The position numbers were made by a program, and so were the translations under genes. Under the pieces are notes generated by a model that searched no databases, had not been told where the DNA came from, and saw nothing but the letters and a program-made list of their open reading frames with translations. Positions 49,969 to 59,418 of a stretch of DNA of 64,000 nucleotides are shown here, piece by piece. The number at the start of each line of letters is the position of its first letter. Within the stretch, counting starts at the first letter, position 1. Source of the DNA: Acidimicrobiia bacterium (GTDB lineage: Bacteria; Actinomycetota; Acidimicrobiia; Spongiisociales; UBA11373); contig JAFGCH010000071.1 of assembly GCA_016932695.1 (NCBI GenBank), positions 4,099 through 68,098 of the forward strand, in the 5' to 3' direction.

Positions 49969-51660
49969 GTGATCAACCTAGGCCTACCCGAAGCAGGTCG
50001 GCGCGGCCGGCCCGCCCTGGCTGCCTTCCTGTCGACGGTGCTCCCGGGCGCCGGGCAATGGTATGCGGGGCGGCGGCGCCGGTCGTTGCTGCTCCTGGCC
50101 GTAGCCGGGGCCGGCCTGGGCGCCACCATCTGGTTCGCCGCTCGGGGGGCGGTCTACCTGCTGCGCACCTTCGTCCAGCCCCGCTGGCTGTGGGCCCTGC
50201 TGGCGGTCAACCTGGTCGTCCTGGCGGTGCGGGTCTTCGCGGTGGCCGATGCCTACGCCCTGGAACGTCGCCTCTACCCCGGTGCACAGCCGGGCAGAGG
50301 GTGGCCGGCCCGGGCCTTCCTCGTGCTGTTGCTCGCCGCCGTCGTCGTTCCCCACGCCGTGCTGTTCGACTACGGGCTGGAAGCCATCGACACCATCGAG
50401 GCCCTGACGGTCTCCGGCGAGTTGCCTCCGCTGGAGGAGCGGGAGCAGGCCCTGCTCGACCAGGGGTTCACCGAAGGGGACCTGGGCCCGACGACCACCA
50501 CCGCCCCCCCGACCACCACCACCATTCCCCTCATCACCCCGTCCACCCTGCCTCCCAACGCCTCGCAATGGGCTAAGGAGAGGTGGCTTCCCGAGGACGA
50601 CCTGCACCCGGTGCGCCCCGTCATCGTCCCGGCCGAGCCGGCCTTCTACAACGCCCCCTTCGTTCCTCTCCATGAGCGGCTGGACAGGGACCGGCTGACG
50701 ATCCTGCTGGCGGGCGGGGATGCCGGGCCCGGGCGCTGGAGCCTGCGCACCGACGTGATGATCGTGGCCACCATCAACCTGGATACCGGCAAGGCAGTGC
50801 TGTTCAGCATCTCGCGCGACATGGTCTATGCGCCCCTGCCCGAGGACTGGGATGACGCCTTCCTGCAGGAGGAGTACGAGGAGGCGGTGGCGGCGGCCGA
50901 GAAGGAGGGGGTGGAGCCGCCCGCCTGGGAGGGCTTCAAGGAGCTGTCCTGCAAGTGCTTCCCCGACCGGATGAACGCCATCTGGACCTACACCCAGGCC
51001 TGGGTGCGGACCTTCCCCGAGGCGGTGGACCCGGGAATGGAGGCGTTGCGCCAGGCGCTGAGCCTGCTGCTCGGCCTGCGTATCGACTACTACGTCCTGG
51101 TCGACATGGCCGGGTTCGTGGACCTGGTGGATGCTCTAGGCGGGCTGGACATCTACATCACCGAGACCATGGACGTCGGCTTCTCCCCGGCGCGGGAGGG
51201 TGAAGACCCGGTGCGGGTGACCATCGCCGAGCCGGGCACCTACCACCTCGACGGGCATCAGGCCCTGGCCTTCGTGCGCAACCGCACCGGCACCAGCGAT
51301 TCCTACCGCATGCAGCGGCAGCGCTGCACGCTGCGCGCCCTGGCCGCCCAGATCGACGCGGTAACGGTGGCTTTGCGGTTCCCCCAGATTGCCCGGGCGG
51401 TCCGGGAGAGTGCCATCAGCAACATCCCTCTCTCCTTCCTGCCCGATCTGGTGGAGTACGCCACCACCCTGGATCTCAACGACATCGCCACCGTGGCCTT
51501 CGGCTACCCCTACTACGCCCACGACCTCAACTTCCGCAACCTGCCGATAGTGGACCCCGAGCGGATCCGGCTGAAGGTGCGGTCGGCCCTGGAGGCGGTG
51601 GAGACGGTCGCCGGCACCGCCGATCTCACTGAGGAGTGCAACGTCCTCCCGGCGCGCTGA
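49969..51660 (+). CDS. LCP (LytR-CpsA-Psr) family protein
   Basis: N-terminal TMs; ILLAGGD, RTDVMIV, SISRD, LDGHQALAFVR, SDSYRMQRQ. Confidence 0.9.
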   Translation: MINLGLPEAGRRGRPALAAFLSTVLPGAGQWYAGRRRRSLLLLAVAGAGLGATIWFAARGAVYLLRTFVQPRWLWALLAVNLVVLAVRVFAVADAYALERRLYPGAQPGRGWPARAFLVLLLAAVVVPHAVLFDYGLEAIDTIEALTVSGELPPLEEREQALLDQGFTEGDLGPTTTTAPPTTTTIPLITPSTLPPNASQWAKERWLPEDDLHPVRPVIVPAEPAFYNAPFVPLHERLDRDRLTILLAGGDAGPGRWSLRTDVMIVATINLDTGKAVLFSISRDMVYAPLPEDWDDAFLQEEYEEAVAAAEKEGVEPPAWEGFKELSCKCFPDRMNAIWTYTQAWVRTFPEAVDPGMEALRQALSLLLGLRIDYYVLVDMAGFVDLVDALGGLDIYITETMDVGFSPAREGEDPVRVTIAEPGTYHLDGHQALAFVRNRTGTSDSYRMQRQRCTLRALAAQIDAVTVALRFPQIARAVRESAISNIPLSFLPDLVEYATTLDLNDIATVAFGYPYYAHDLNFRNLPIVDPERIRLKVRSALEAVETVAGTADLTEECNVLPAR

Positions 51661-51668
51661 GATCCGGC

Positions 51669-52157
51669 TCAACTTCTGCTACGAGCCAGGCGCCGTAGCA
51701 CCCGTACCCGGAGTGACCACGGTCGCGCCGGGACGGGCACCCCGGTGAGCCTGCCTTCCGCCTTGTCGAGGGCGTCTTCGATGAGGGCGTCGTGCAACGG
51801 GCGGAAGAGGAAGGGCCAGGCGAGGCGCATGGCGCCGGAGGTGCGGCCGTCGATGCTGTGCCGGATCCGGCAGCCGTCTCCGGCCGGTGCGACGCGCCAC
51901 TCGTGAGTTCCGTTCAAGCCCGGGGGGCCGGTGAAGCGGAAAAGGACCCGGCGCCCCGGTTCGTACTGCTCCACGCGATAGCGAATCGGCCCGTGCCCCC
52001 CGACGGCACCCACCTCGAGTGACCGGTCGAAGCGCATCGCCGGCCACCGCCCGTCGGGCCAGAGAGGGTCGGGGCGGCTGCTCAAAGCGTCGAGGAGGCG
52101 CCCGGCCGCCTCGGCCGGGGCCGGCAGGTCACGCTCGTGGACGTTGCGGATGCGCGT
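51669..52157 (-). CDS. SRPBCC family protein; apparent start is ACG 52157 (first canonical start TTG 52085)
   Basis: RIRNVHER..LLDAL..LWP..WPAMRFD..GGHGPIRY..RPLHDALIEDALD. Confidence 0.78.
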   Translation of the reverse strand, partial: TRIRNVHERDLPAPAEAAGRLLDALSSRPDPLWPDGRWPAMRFDRSLEVGAVGGHGPIRYRVEQYEPGRRVLFRFTGPPGLNGTHEWRVAPAGDGCRIRHSIDGRTSGAMRLAWPFLFRPLHDALIEDALDKAEGRLTGVPVPARPWSLRVRVLRRLARSRS

Positions 52158-52182
52158 GGGGGAACCCTACTCCTGCCGGCTC

Positions 52183-52974
52183 TCAGCAGCCGAGATGGTG
52201 CCCGGTGGCGACCAGGCCGACGACCAGGAACCCGACGGCCATCTGCGTCCAGCCCAGGGTGCGGGCCGGCACCGGGGGGCGGGCCAGGGCCCACATTGCG
52301 AAGGCCCACAGGAAGGCGGCGGCGGCAGCAGCGGTCCAGGGGAGGAGATCCGCCGCGGCCAGGGCGGCCAAGCCGGCCAGCGCAATGCCGTGGGCGAAGT
52401 GAGCGACGGCCGGCGCGGCCGGCTCACCCCGGGCCCGCCGGAACTGCGCTCGCACGAAGAGGATGGAGGGCAGCGCCCGGCCGGCGATCACCGCCCACAG
52501 GGCGAAGGCGGGGCCTGCTTCCCAGCCGCCGGCCAGGGCCAGGGCCGGCGCGGCGGCGCCCATGGCCACGGCGCCGGCGGCCTCGGCCCAGAAGCTGCGG
52601 CTGCGGTGCGTTAGGTCGGCGGCCACGTGCGCGCCGGCGGCGGGGAGGGCGGCCGCCACCGCCCACCAGAGCCGCCCACCGGCCCGGCAGGAGGCGAAGG
52701 CCAGTCCGGCGATGGCGATCGCCGCGCCGGCGGCCACCACGCCGGCCGCCATCGCGGTGCGGGGGAGGCGCCGCCCCCGGCGGAGATCCTCCGCCAGGAG
52801 CCGCAGCGGGCGGCGGGCCAGGAAGACGGCTACCGCAGCCGCAGCCACTCCTCCTCCGGCCAGGCCGGGAGCGACCAGCAGCCCGAGCAGCACCGGCTCC
52901 AGGGTGAACCCCCAGCCGCCGTGCTCGGTAGGGAGGGCCACCGCCCGCAGGCTCCCCGGCTCACCGCGCCGCAC
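52183..52974 (-). CDS. YwiC-like membrane protein
   Basis: ALPTEHGGW at the N-terminus; multi-TM. Confidence 0.8.
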   Translation of the reverse strand: MRRGEPGSLRAVALPTEHGGWGFTLEPVLLGLLVAPGLAGGGVAAAAVAVFLARRPLRLLAEDLRRGRRLPRTAMAAGVVAAGAAIAIAGLAFASCRAGGRLWWAVAAALPAAGAHVAADLTHRSRSFWAEAAGAVAMGAAAPALALAGGWEAGPAFALWAVIAGRALPSILFVRAQFRRARGEPAAPAVAHFAHGIALAGLAALAAADLLPWTAAAAAAFLWAFAMWALARPPVPARTLGWTQMAVGFLVVGLVATGHHLGC

Positions 52975-53004
52975 TTGCCCCTCTCCGGTTGGTCTGTTCC
53001 GGCG

Positions 53005-53087
53005 ACGCAGAAGCCCCCGGTGACGGGTCTCGCCGCCGGGGGCTTACTGCTGCAAGGTCTCCCCTTGCGGGGGCCCCTTACTCCGCT
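53005..53087 (-). ncRNA. Candidate structured small RNA or leader
   Basis: -10 TAATCT (53094-53099), then GUAAGG/CCUUGC stem enclosing a CCCC-GCAA-GGGG hairpin, then AAGCCCCCGG/CCGGGGGCTT hairpin. Confidence 0.5.
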
Positions 53088-53134
53088 GAGATCAGATTAC
53101 CCCTCTCGTCCGGCGCTTGCCGGGGCCGAGGCAC

Positions 53135-54871
53135 CTAGGCGGGCCGGTAGGGGAGGTAGGCGGGATACCACATGACCTGGTTGATGACCGCCTCGACATC
53201 CACGACCGGATCGGCCACCCCATCGGCCACCGCCTGCTCGGCCACGGCGTGAGCCACCCGCCGCGAGACGTCGCGCACCTCGGCGATCGGAGGGAAGAGG
53301 GCCCCCTGGGCCAGCATGTCCTCGTCCACGAAGCAGGCCTGGGCCCGGGAGGCGACGCTGAACATGTTGCGGGTCACCTGTCGTGCCTTGGAGACCAGCA
53401 CACCCAGTCCCATGCCGGGGAAGATGAAGACGTTGTTCGCCTGGCCGATGCGGTGACGGCGCCCGTTGTGGGTCACGTCGCCGAAGGGGCTCCCGGTGGC
53501 CACCAAGGCCTTCCCGTCGGACCAGGCGATGAGGTCGCTGGGCACCGCCTCGGCATTGGCCGAGGGGTTGGAGAGCGGCATGATGATGGGGTTCTCGGTG
53601 TAGGAGGCCATCTGGCGCACCACCGCTTCGGTGAACTGGCCGGGCCGGGCGGAGACGCCGATGAGCACCGTGGGCCGGGCGTGCTCCACGACGTGCTCCA
53701 GGCCGATGCGGTCGCCTCGGATGTGCCAACCCTTCACCACATCACGCTTGGTGGCCAGGGTGCGCCACCGCTCGTCGAGGCCCTTGTCCCCTTCCACCAG
53801 CAGCCCGGGCTGGTCGAGGACGAAGATGCGGCCGGCCGCCTCGTCGGCACCGAGACCCTCGCGCTGCATCTCGAAGACGAGTTGCCGGTAGATGCCGGTA
53901 CCGGCAGACCCCCCGCCGAACATGGCATAGGTCTGGTCGGATAGGCGCCCTCCGATGCGGCGCAGTCCGGCGAGGAGGCCGCCGACCACCATGGCTGCCG
54001 TGCCTTCGATGTCATCGTTGAACGAAGGGACCGCCTCGCGGTAGGTCTCCAGAGCGCGGAAGGAGGTGATGTTGGCAAAGTCCTCCCATTGCAGCAGGGC
54101 CTGGGGGAAGACCTCCTTGACTGCCATCACGAACTCTTCGACCAGCGACCAGTACTCCTCGCCGCGCAGGCGGTGGGCACGCCATCCCAGATAGAGAGGG
54201 TCCCGCAGCAACTCCTCGTTGTTGGTCCCGACGTCGAGCGAGACGGGGACGCAGAGGGAGGGGTGGATGCCGGCAGCCACGCTGTAGAGGGCCAGCTTCC
54301 CGATGGGGATGCCCATGCCGCCGCAGCCCTGGTCGCCGATGCCCAGGATCCGCTCGTTATCCGTCACCACCACCACGGCCGCCTCGCGGATGCCTCGGCA
54401 GCGCAGTACGCGGGCGATCTGCCCGCGGTCTCCGGGGGTGACGTAGATGCCGCGGGCGGCCCGGAACATGCGGCTCCAGTGCCGGCACGCCTCGGCCACC
54501 GTCGGGGTGTAGACGATGGGCACCACTTCGTGGAGGTTCTCGAGGATGAAACGATGGAAGAGGGTTTCGTTGCGGTCGTGTAGGCCGGCGATATAGACGT
54601 GCTTCTCGAGGGCGCTGGGCTTGGCGTCCCACTGCGAGCGCACCCGGGCGAGTTGCTCATCCATGGTCGCGGTGTGGGCGGGGAGCAGCCCCCGCAGGCC
54701 CAGGGCCTCGCGTTCCTCCGCAGTGAAGGCAGCCCCCTTGTTGAGCAGCGGCTCTTCGAGAAGCTGGCGTCCCCGCTCCTCCACCGGCAGGTAGAGCTCT
54801 CCGGTGGTGGCATCCATGGCCGGACGGAACCGCATTACTGGCCGCCTTTCTGCTGGGCTGTTCGTTCCCAC
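53135..54871 (-). CDS. maeA: NAD-dependent malic enzyme
   Basis: PLLNKG, PIVYTPTV, VTDNERILGIGDQG, LDVGTNN, QWEDF, FNDDIEGT, PLSNP, QANNVFIFPG. Confidence 0.93.
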   Translation of the reverse strand: MGTNSPAERRPVMRFRPAMDATTGELYLPVEERGRQLLEEPLLNKGAAFTAEEREALGLRGLLPAHTATMDEQLARVRSQWDAKPSALEKHVYIAGLHDRNETLFHRFILENLHEVVPIVYTPTVAEACRHWSRMFRAARGIYVTPGDRGQIARVLRCRGIREAAVVVVTDNERILGIGDQGCGGMGIPIGKLALYSVAAGIHPSLCVPVSLDVGTNNEELLRDPLYLGWRAHRLRGEEYWSLVEEFVMAVKEVFPQALLQWEDFANITSFRALETYREAVPSFNDDIEGTAAMVVGGLLAGLRRIGGRLSDQTYAMFGGGSAGTGIYRQLVFEMQREGLGADEAAGRIFVLDQPGLLVEGDKGLDERWRTLATKRDVVKGWHIRGDRIGLEHVVEHARPTVLIGVSARPGQFTEAVVRQMASYTENPIIMPLSNPSANAEAVPSDLIAWSDGKALVATGSPFGDVTHNGRRHRIGQANNVFIFPGMGLGVLVSKARQVTRNMFSVASRAQACFVDEDMLAQGALFPPIAEVRDVSRRVAHAVAEQAVADGVADPVVDVEAVINQVMWYPAYLPYRPA

Positions 54872-54936
54872 GCTACGCCCGCGCTAGAGGTGGCGGCTAG
54901 GGGCGATGGCCCCGGCAAGGGCGGGGACCGGCCCGT

Positions 54937-55563
54937 TCAGTCCCGGGTAGTGGCGCCTACAGAACTGAGGAACTCGGCACGGGTGTCGGGGTGGGTCAGG
55001 AAGGCGCCGGTGAGATAGGTGGTCCGCATGTGGGCGTTGGCCTTCATGGCCCCCCGCATCGACATGCACAGGTGGGTGGCGCGGATGACCACGCCCACCC
55101 CCAGCGGGTTGATCAGTTCCTGGAGCAACTCGGCGATCTGGCGGGTCATGCGCTCCTGGACTTGCAGACGCCGGGCGAAGGCGTCCACGACCCGGGGGAT
55201 CTTGGAGAGGCCGACCACCTTGTCTCGTGGGATGTAGCCCACGTCGGCCTTGCCGAAGATGGGCAGGAGGTGATGCTCGCACATGCTCCAGAAGTCGATA
55301 CCGCCGACGATCACCATCTCGGGGTAGTCCACATCGAAGAGGGCGTTGTTCAGCAGGGCTACGGGGTCGACTGCATAGCCGGCGAGGATCTCGTCGTACA
55401 TGCGGGCCACCCGTGCCGGGGTGTCGCGGAGACCCTCCCGCAGCGGGTCCTCTCCCACGGCACGCAGGATGTGGGCTACGGCGTTGGCCACCACGACCTT
55501 GCAGTCCCGAGCCAGCACCGGCCCGTCCTTGAAGCCCGCGGCCATCTCATCGGTGATCAGCAT
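54937..55563 (-). CDS. folE: GTP cyclohydrolase I
   Basis: [48 protein letters not shown]. Confidence 0.95.
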   Translation of the reverse strand: MLITDEMAAGFKDGPVLARDCKVVVANAVAHILRAVGEDPLREGLRDTPARVARMYDEILAGYAVDPVALLNNALFDVDYPEMVIVGGIDFWSMCEHHLLPIFGKADVGYIPRDKVVGLSKIPRVVDAFARRLQVQERMTRQIAELLQELINPLGVGVVIRATHLCMSMRGAMKANAHMRTTYLTGAFLTHPDTRAEFLSSVGATTRD

Positions 55564-55660
55564 GTTCTCCACGGCTGGGCTCCTCGTTGGGGTGCGGCCT
55601 ATAGCCTGGCAGATCCGACGGGCTGCCGGGGGCGGATGCCGGCAGACGGGTCGGCGAGGC

Positions 55661-57076
55661 TCAGCCGGTGAAGACCACCCCGGTGACCAAGTCCCGGGTG
55701 TTGTCGTGCAGGTCGTTGTCGACCAGTCGGGGGTCCGCCTCGGACCCGACCACAATGCCCCGGTCGTTGTCGTAGGCCTCGTTCTCTTTGGCGATGCCGC
55801 CGGCGGTGCCGGCGTAGACGAACCCCGACCCTCTGCCGTCGGCTTTGCGGTGGCCGGAAGACTGGTTGCGCACCAGGGTGGGGGTGGCCCCATCGGCGAC
55901 CCAGAAGCCGTCTTCCCCGTTGCCGTCGGCTTGGTTGCGCCGCGCCGTTCCGGCCGCTTCGTCGAACCAGATGAACCCCGTGTCATCGTTGTCCTGGGCG
56001 GTGTTCGCCGTCAGGCTGGGGGCCGCCTGATTACGGATGACAAAGCCGAACAGGCCGTTTCCCGCGGCGGTGTTGCTCTCGGCGGTGCCGGCAGCCGAGT
56101 CGATCCAGCGGAACCCGACCTCGATGTTCTCGCGGGCGGTGTTGGTGGTGAGTGTGGGGGTGGCTTCTCCGCCCACCTCGAAGCCGTGCAGGCCGTTCTG
56201 CACCGCCTGGTTGCCGTCGGCGGTGCCGGCAGCCGAGCCGGCCCACCGGTATCCGAGCTCAGTGTTCTCCCGGGCGGTGTTGCCGGTGAGGGTGGGGGTG
56301 GCCTCTTCTCCCACCACGAACCCGTGCAGGCCGTTCTGCGCCGCCAGGTTGCCGTCGGCAGTGCCGGCGGCGGCGTCGCTCCAGCGGAACCCGGCCCGGC
56401 CGTTGTCTCGGGCGGTGGACCGGGTGACGGTGACGTCTGCGGCGTCGTCGAAGTGGAAGCCGTACAACTGATTGTCATGGCCGGTGCAGTCGTCGATGGT
56501 GCCGGTGGTGGTCCCCTGGAGCCAGAAGCCGGAGCCATGTTCGTCCTCGACGCGTCTGGCGCCGGTGGCCACTACATCGACGAAAGCGATGACGGCGTCC
56601 TCGGCAACCAAAGCGTTGCCGGCTTCGGTGCCGGTGTAGGCCACGGCGAGGCCCTCCAGGGCGAAGGGGCCCGGCCCGCTGAGGCGAAGCACTGCATCGG
56701 GTTGCCCGCCGGCGACGGTGGTGCGGTCGCTTCCGGCGCCGCGCAGGGTGAGGGGCTTCTCCAGCGTCAGCGGGGCGGCGAGGCGGTGCTCTCCGGCGTC
56801 GAGGAGGATGATGCCTCCCGGTGGGGTGAGATCCACCGCGGTGGCCAGGTCGGGGGCGTCGCCGGAGCCGTCCGGGGCTACTCGCAGGGTGGTGGGGAGA
56901 GTGGTGGTCGGCGCCGCGGTGGTCGTAGGGACGGTGGTGGTAGCCGGTGCCGCGGTGGTTTGAGTCGGTGCCGCGGTGGTGGAGAGGAACGGGCTTCCTT
57001 CGCCGCCGCCGCACGCGGCCGCCAGCAGGACCAGCCCCACCACGGCGAGCGCCACCCGCGGGAGGGTGCGATGCAT
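55661..57076 (-). CDS. Lipoprotein with right-handed parallel beta-helix (pectin-lyase-like)
   Basis: Lipobox AAAC, Thr-rich linker, VAPDGSGD, repeated N..G PbH1 turns. Confidence 0.85.
   Translation of the reverse strand: MHRTLPRVALAVVGLVLLAAACGGGEGSPFLSTTAAPTQTTAAPATTTVPTTTAAPTTTLPTTLRVAPDGSGDAPDLATAVDLTPPGGIILLDAGEHRLAAPLTLEKPLTLRGAGSDRTTVAGGQPDAVLRLSGPGPFALEGLAVAYTGTEAGNALVAEDAVIAFVDVVATGARRVEDEHGSGFWLQGTTTGTIDDCTGHDNQLYGFHFDDAADVTVTRSTARDNGRAGFRWSDAAAGTADGNLAAQNGLHGFVVGEEATPTLTGNTARENTELGYRWAGSAAGTADGNQAVQNGLHGFEVGGEATPTLTTNTARENIEVGFRWIDSAAGTAESNTAAGNGLFGFVIRNQAAPSLTANTAQDNDDTGFIWFDEAAGTARRNQADGNGEDGFWVADGATPTLVRNQSSGHRKADGRGSGFVYAGTAGGIAKENEAYDNDRGIVVGSEADPRLVDNDLHDNTRDLVTGVVFTG
55862..56413 (-). 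repeat. Four tandem 138-bp (46-aa) coding repeats
   Basis: Units start at 56413, 56275, 56137 and 55999; consensus AxxNxxxGFxWxxxAAGTAxxNxAxxNGxxGFxVxxxATPTLxxN. Confidence 0.85.
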
Positions 57077-57224
57077 GAGGCATGGTACCCAGCGGGAGGC
57101 TGCTCCCGGTTCGGCGCGTTGAGGGGGCGGGCCTGGGCGCCGGCCGGGCGCGTCGGCGGTGCCGCTACTGGTCCCGGGCAAGGTGGGGACGCCGCGGTAG
57201 TCTCGGGCCGCTCTGAAGGGAGGG

Positions 57225-57671
57225 TTGGTGGCCGCGGTCACCTTGCGCGAAGTCACCCGGGACACGGTGCGGGCGGTCTGCCGGCTCCAGGTGGCGGCGG
57301 GCCAGGAGGGGTTCGTGGCGCCGAACGCGGTCTCCATCGCCGAGGCGCACTTCCAGCCCAAGGCCTGGTTCCGGGCCATCTACGCCGATGAGGAGATGGT
57401 CGGCTTCGTGATGCTGTACGAGGACCCCGACCAGGCGGAGTACTACCTGTGGCGGCTCATGGTCTCCGGAGAGCACCAGCGTCGCGGCTACGGGCAGCAG
57501 GCGCTCGGCCTGGTGGTCGACCGGCTGCGCACCCTGCCCGGGGCCCGCGAGTTGTTGACCTCCTGCGTGCCCGGCGAGGGCGGCCCAAGGCCCTTCTACG
57601 AGAGGCTGGGCTTCACCGCCACCGGGGAAGTCGACGACGGCGAGGAAGTGCTCCGCCTGCCTCTCGACTGA
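57225..57671 (+). CDS. GNAT, spermine/spermidine N-acetyltransferase (BltD-like)
   Basis: LQV..QEGFVAPNAVSIAEA, YLWRLMV..HQRRGYG, FYERLGF. Confidence 0.85.
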   Translation: MVAAVTLREVTRDTVRAVCRLQVAAGQEGFVAPNAVSIAEAHFQPKAWFRAIYADEEMVGFVMLYEDPDQAEYYLWRLMVSGEHQRRGYGQQALGLVVDRLRTLPGARELLTSCVPGEGGPRPFYERLGFTATGEVDDGEEVLRLPLD

Positions 57672-57691
57672 GGGGCCCCTAACCTCCGGCC

Positions 57692-58867
57692 GTGGCTCGG
57701 CGCTTGCTGCTGCACGTGACTCTCCTCGCTCTCGGCTTCGCCGGGCTCCGCCTGGCCGTGGTGCCGGCGGAGGTATGCCCGGTGGTCACCGCCGCTCAGG
57801 TGTCTCATGCTGCCGATGAAGCCGCCGCCTGGATCGTTCGCAACATGCGCGACGACGGCCGCTACCTGTACGGCTACGACCGGGACGGCGACGAGATCAG
57901 CGCTCAGTACAACGGCACCCGCCACGCCGGGGTGACCATGTCGTTGTACCAGTACGCCGCCGCCGCGGGCCGCCCCGAGGTGGTGGCCCACGCCGACCGC
58001 GGCCTGGCGTTCATGCTGGAGCGGTTGACGATGGGGGCGGGCTGGGAGGCCTGGCGCCCGCCGGGGGAGGACGTGCAGCTCGGCGCCAATGCCCTCCTTG
58101 TGGCAGCGCTGGTGATGCGCCGCAACGCCACCAGCGACCCGGCCTACGACGAGGCCATGCGATCCGTCGGGCGTTTCCTGCTGGCCCAGCAGCAGCCCGA
58201 CGGCCGGATGTACGCCCTATGGGACGAGGACACCGGGGAGGCGGTACCTGTTTCGGGCAAGTTCGCTACCGGGGAGGCGGCCTGGGCCCTGGCGCTGCTC
58301 GAGGGGGAGTTCCCCGGTGAGGGCTGGGGCGAGGCGGCCCTGCCTACCCTCGATTACCTCGCTCTGCACCGCGACCGGGACGAAGGCAACCTGACCCGCA
58401 TGCCCGATCACTGGGCAGCCTACGCCCTGGCCGAGGTCGGCCCTGCCGGCCTCGACGGCGTGCGGCGGGCCTACGCGCGGCAACTCGCCGGCTACTTCGG
58501 CATCCGCCTGCGCTTCGAGGCGCAGCGGCGGGGGACCGGCATCAACCTCTGGCTGCGCTGGGTGCCCGGCACCCCGGCGGGAGTGGGTACTGCCGGCGAG
58601 GGGATAGCCGCCCTGTGGCGCCTGGCTCGGGCCGAGCCCGGCCTGGCCGACCTCCTGCCCAATGTAGAGGAGCGCCTCGCCTGCTTCGCCGGGATGATGG
58701 TTTCCCGCCAGGCCACGGCGGCCGACGCGGCCGGGTACCCGCGGCCGGGCTTGGTACAGGGGGCCTGGTTCTACCGGGGCTACGTGCAGATGGATGACGT
58801 GCAGCACGTGCTGTCGGGCCTGCTGGCGGCGCGGCCCATGCTGGAGCAACGGGAGGTGGCGGGATGA
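57692..58867 (+). CDS. Membrane-anchored hypothetical protein, probable (alpha/alpha)6 six-hairpin barrel
   Basis: N-terminal hydrophobic anchor; GRYLYGY..YN..RHAG, QQPDG, GEAAWAL, DHW, MDDVQH. Confidence 0.65.
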   Translation: MARRLLLHVTLLALGFAGLRLAVVPAEVCPVVTAAQVSHAADEAAAWIVRNMRDDGRYLYGYDRDGDEISAQYNGTRHAGVTMSLYQYAAAAGRPEVVAHADRGLAFMLERLTMGAGWEAWRPPGEDVQLGANALLVAALVMRRNATSDPAYDEAMRSVGRFLLAQQQPDGRMYALWDEDTGEAVPVSGKFATGEAAWALALLEGEFPGEGWGEAALPTLDYLALHRDRDEGNLTRMPDHWAAYALAEVGPAGLDGVRRAYARQLAGYFGIRLRFEAQRRGTGINLWLRWVPGTPAGVGTAGEGIAALWRLARAEPGLADLLPNVEERLACFAGMMVSRQATAADAAGYPRPGLVQGAWFYRGYVQMDDVQHVLSGLLAARPMLEQREVAG

Positions 58868-59418
58868 CCGCGGGGCTGCTGGCGGCCGCCTACGTAGCGG
58901 CTTTCAACGTGGCGCGCACCCGGCTCGGGGTGCCCGAAGACGAGGGCGGCCGGGCACGCCCGGGCGTCCTGGCAGGCGGCGCCCTTCTGGTGTTGGGCGT
59001 GGTGGCCGCCCTGGCGGCAGCCTCCGGCCCGCTGCTGCGGGTGCTGGAGATCACTCCGGAGACCTTCCGCATCGCCGCCGGGTTCGCCGGCGTCATCGCC
59101 GCCGCCGTGGTCTTAGTTATGCCCCGGCCGGCTGCGGAACCGCTGCCGCGACGCTGGCGGGCCGCGGTGTGGCCGGTGGCTTTCCCCCTGCTGCTGGGGC
59201 CCGAAGTCCTGGCCCTCGCTGTAGCCACCGGATCCCAGGAGGGGGTGGCGGCCACGGTCGCCGCCGCCGCCGGGGCTCTGGTCGCTCTCTTCGTCCTCGG
59301 CTTCCTGCCCCGGCGCCCCCTGCCCGACCGGGTACTCGTCTGGGCCTCCCGGGTACTCGGCGCGGTCCTACTCTTGGTGGCGCTATGGCTGGCGGTGGAT
59401 GGGATTCGGGACGTCTGA
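58864..59418 (+). CDS. MarC-like membrane protein
   Basis: LEITPETFRIAAG, PVAFPLLLGP; ATGA overlap. Confidence 0.7.
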   Translation: MTAGLLAAAYVAAFNVARTRLGVPEDEGGRARPGVLAGGALLVLGVVAALAAASGPLLRVLEITPETFRIAAGFAGVIAAAVVLVMPRPAAEPLPRRWRAAVWPVAFPLLLGPEVLALAVATGSQEGVAATVAAAAGALVALFVLGFLPRRPLPDRVLVWASRVLGAVLLLVALWLAVDGIRDV

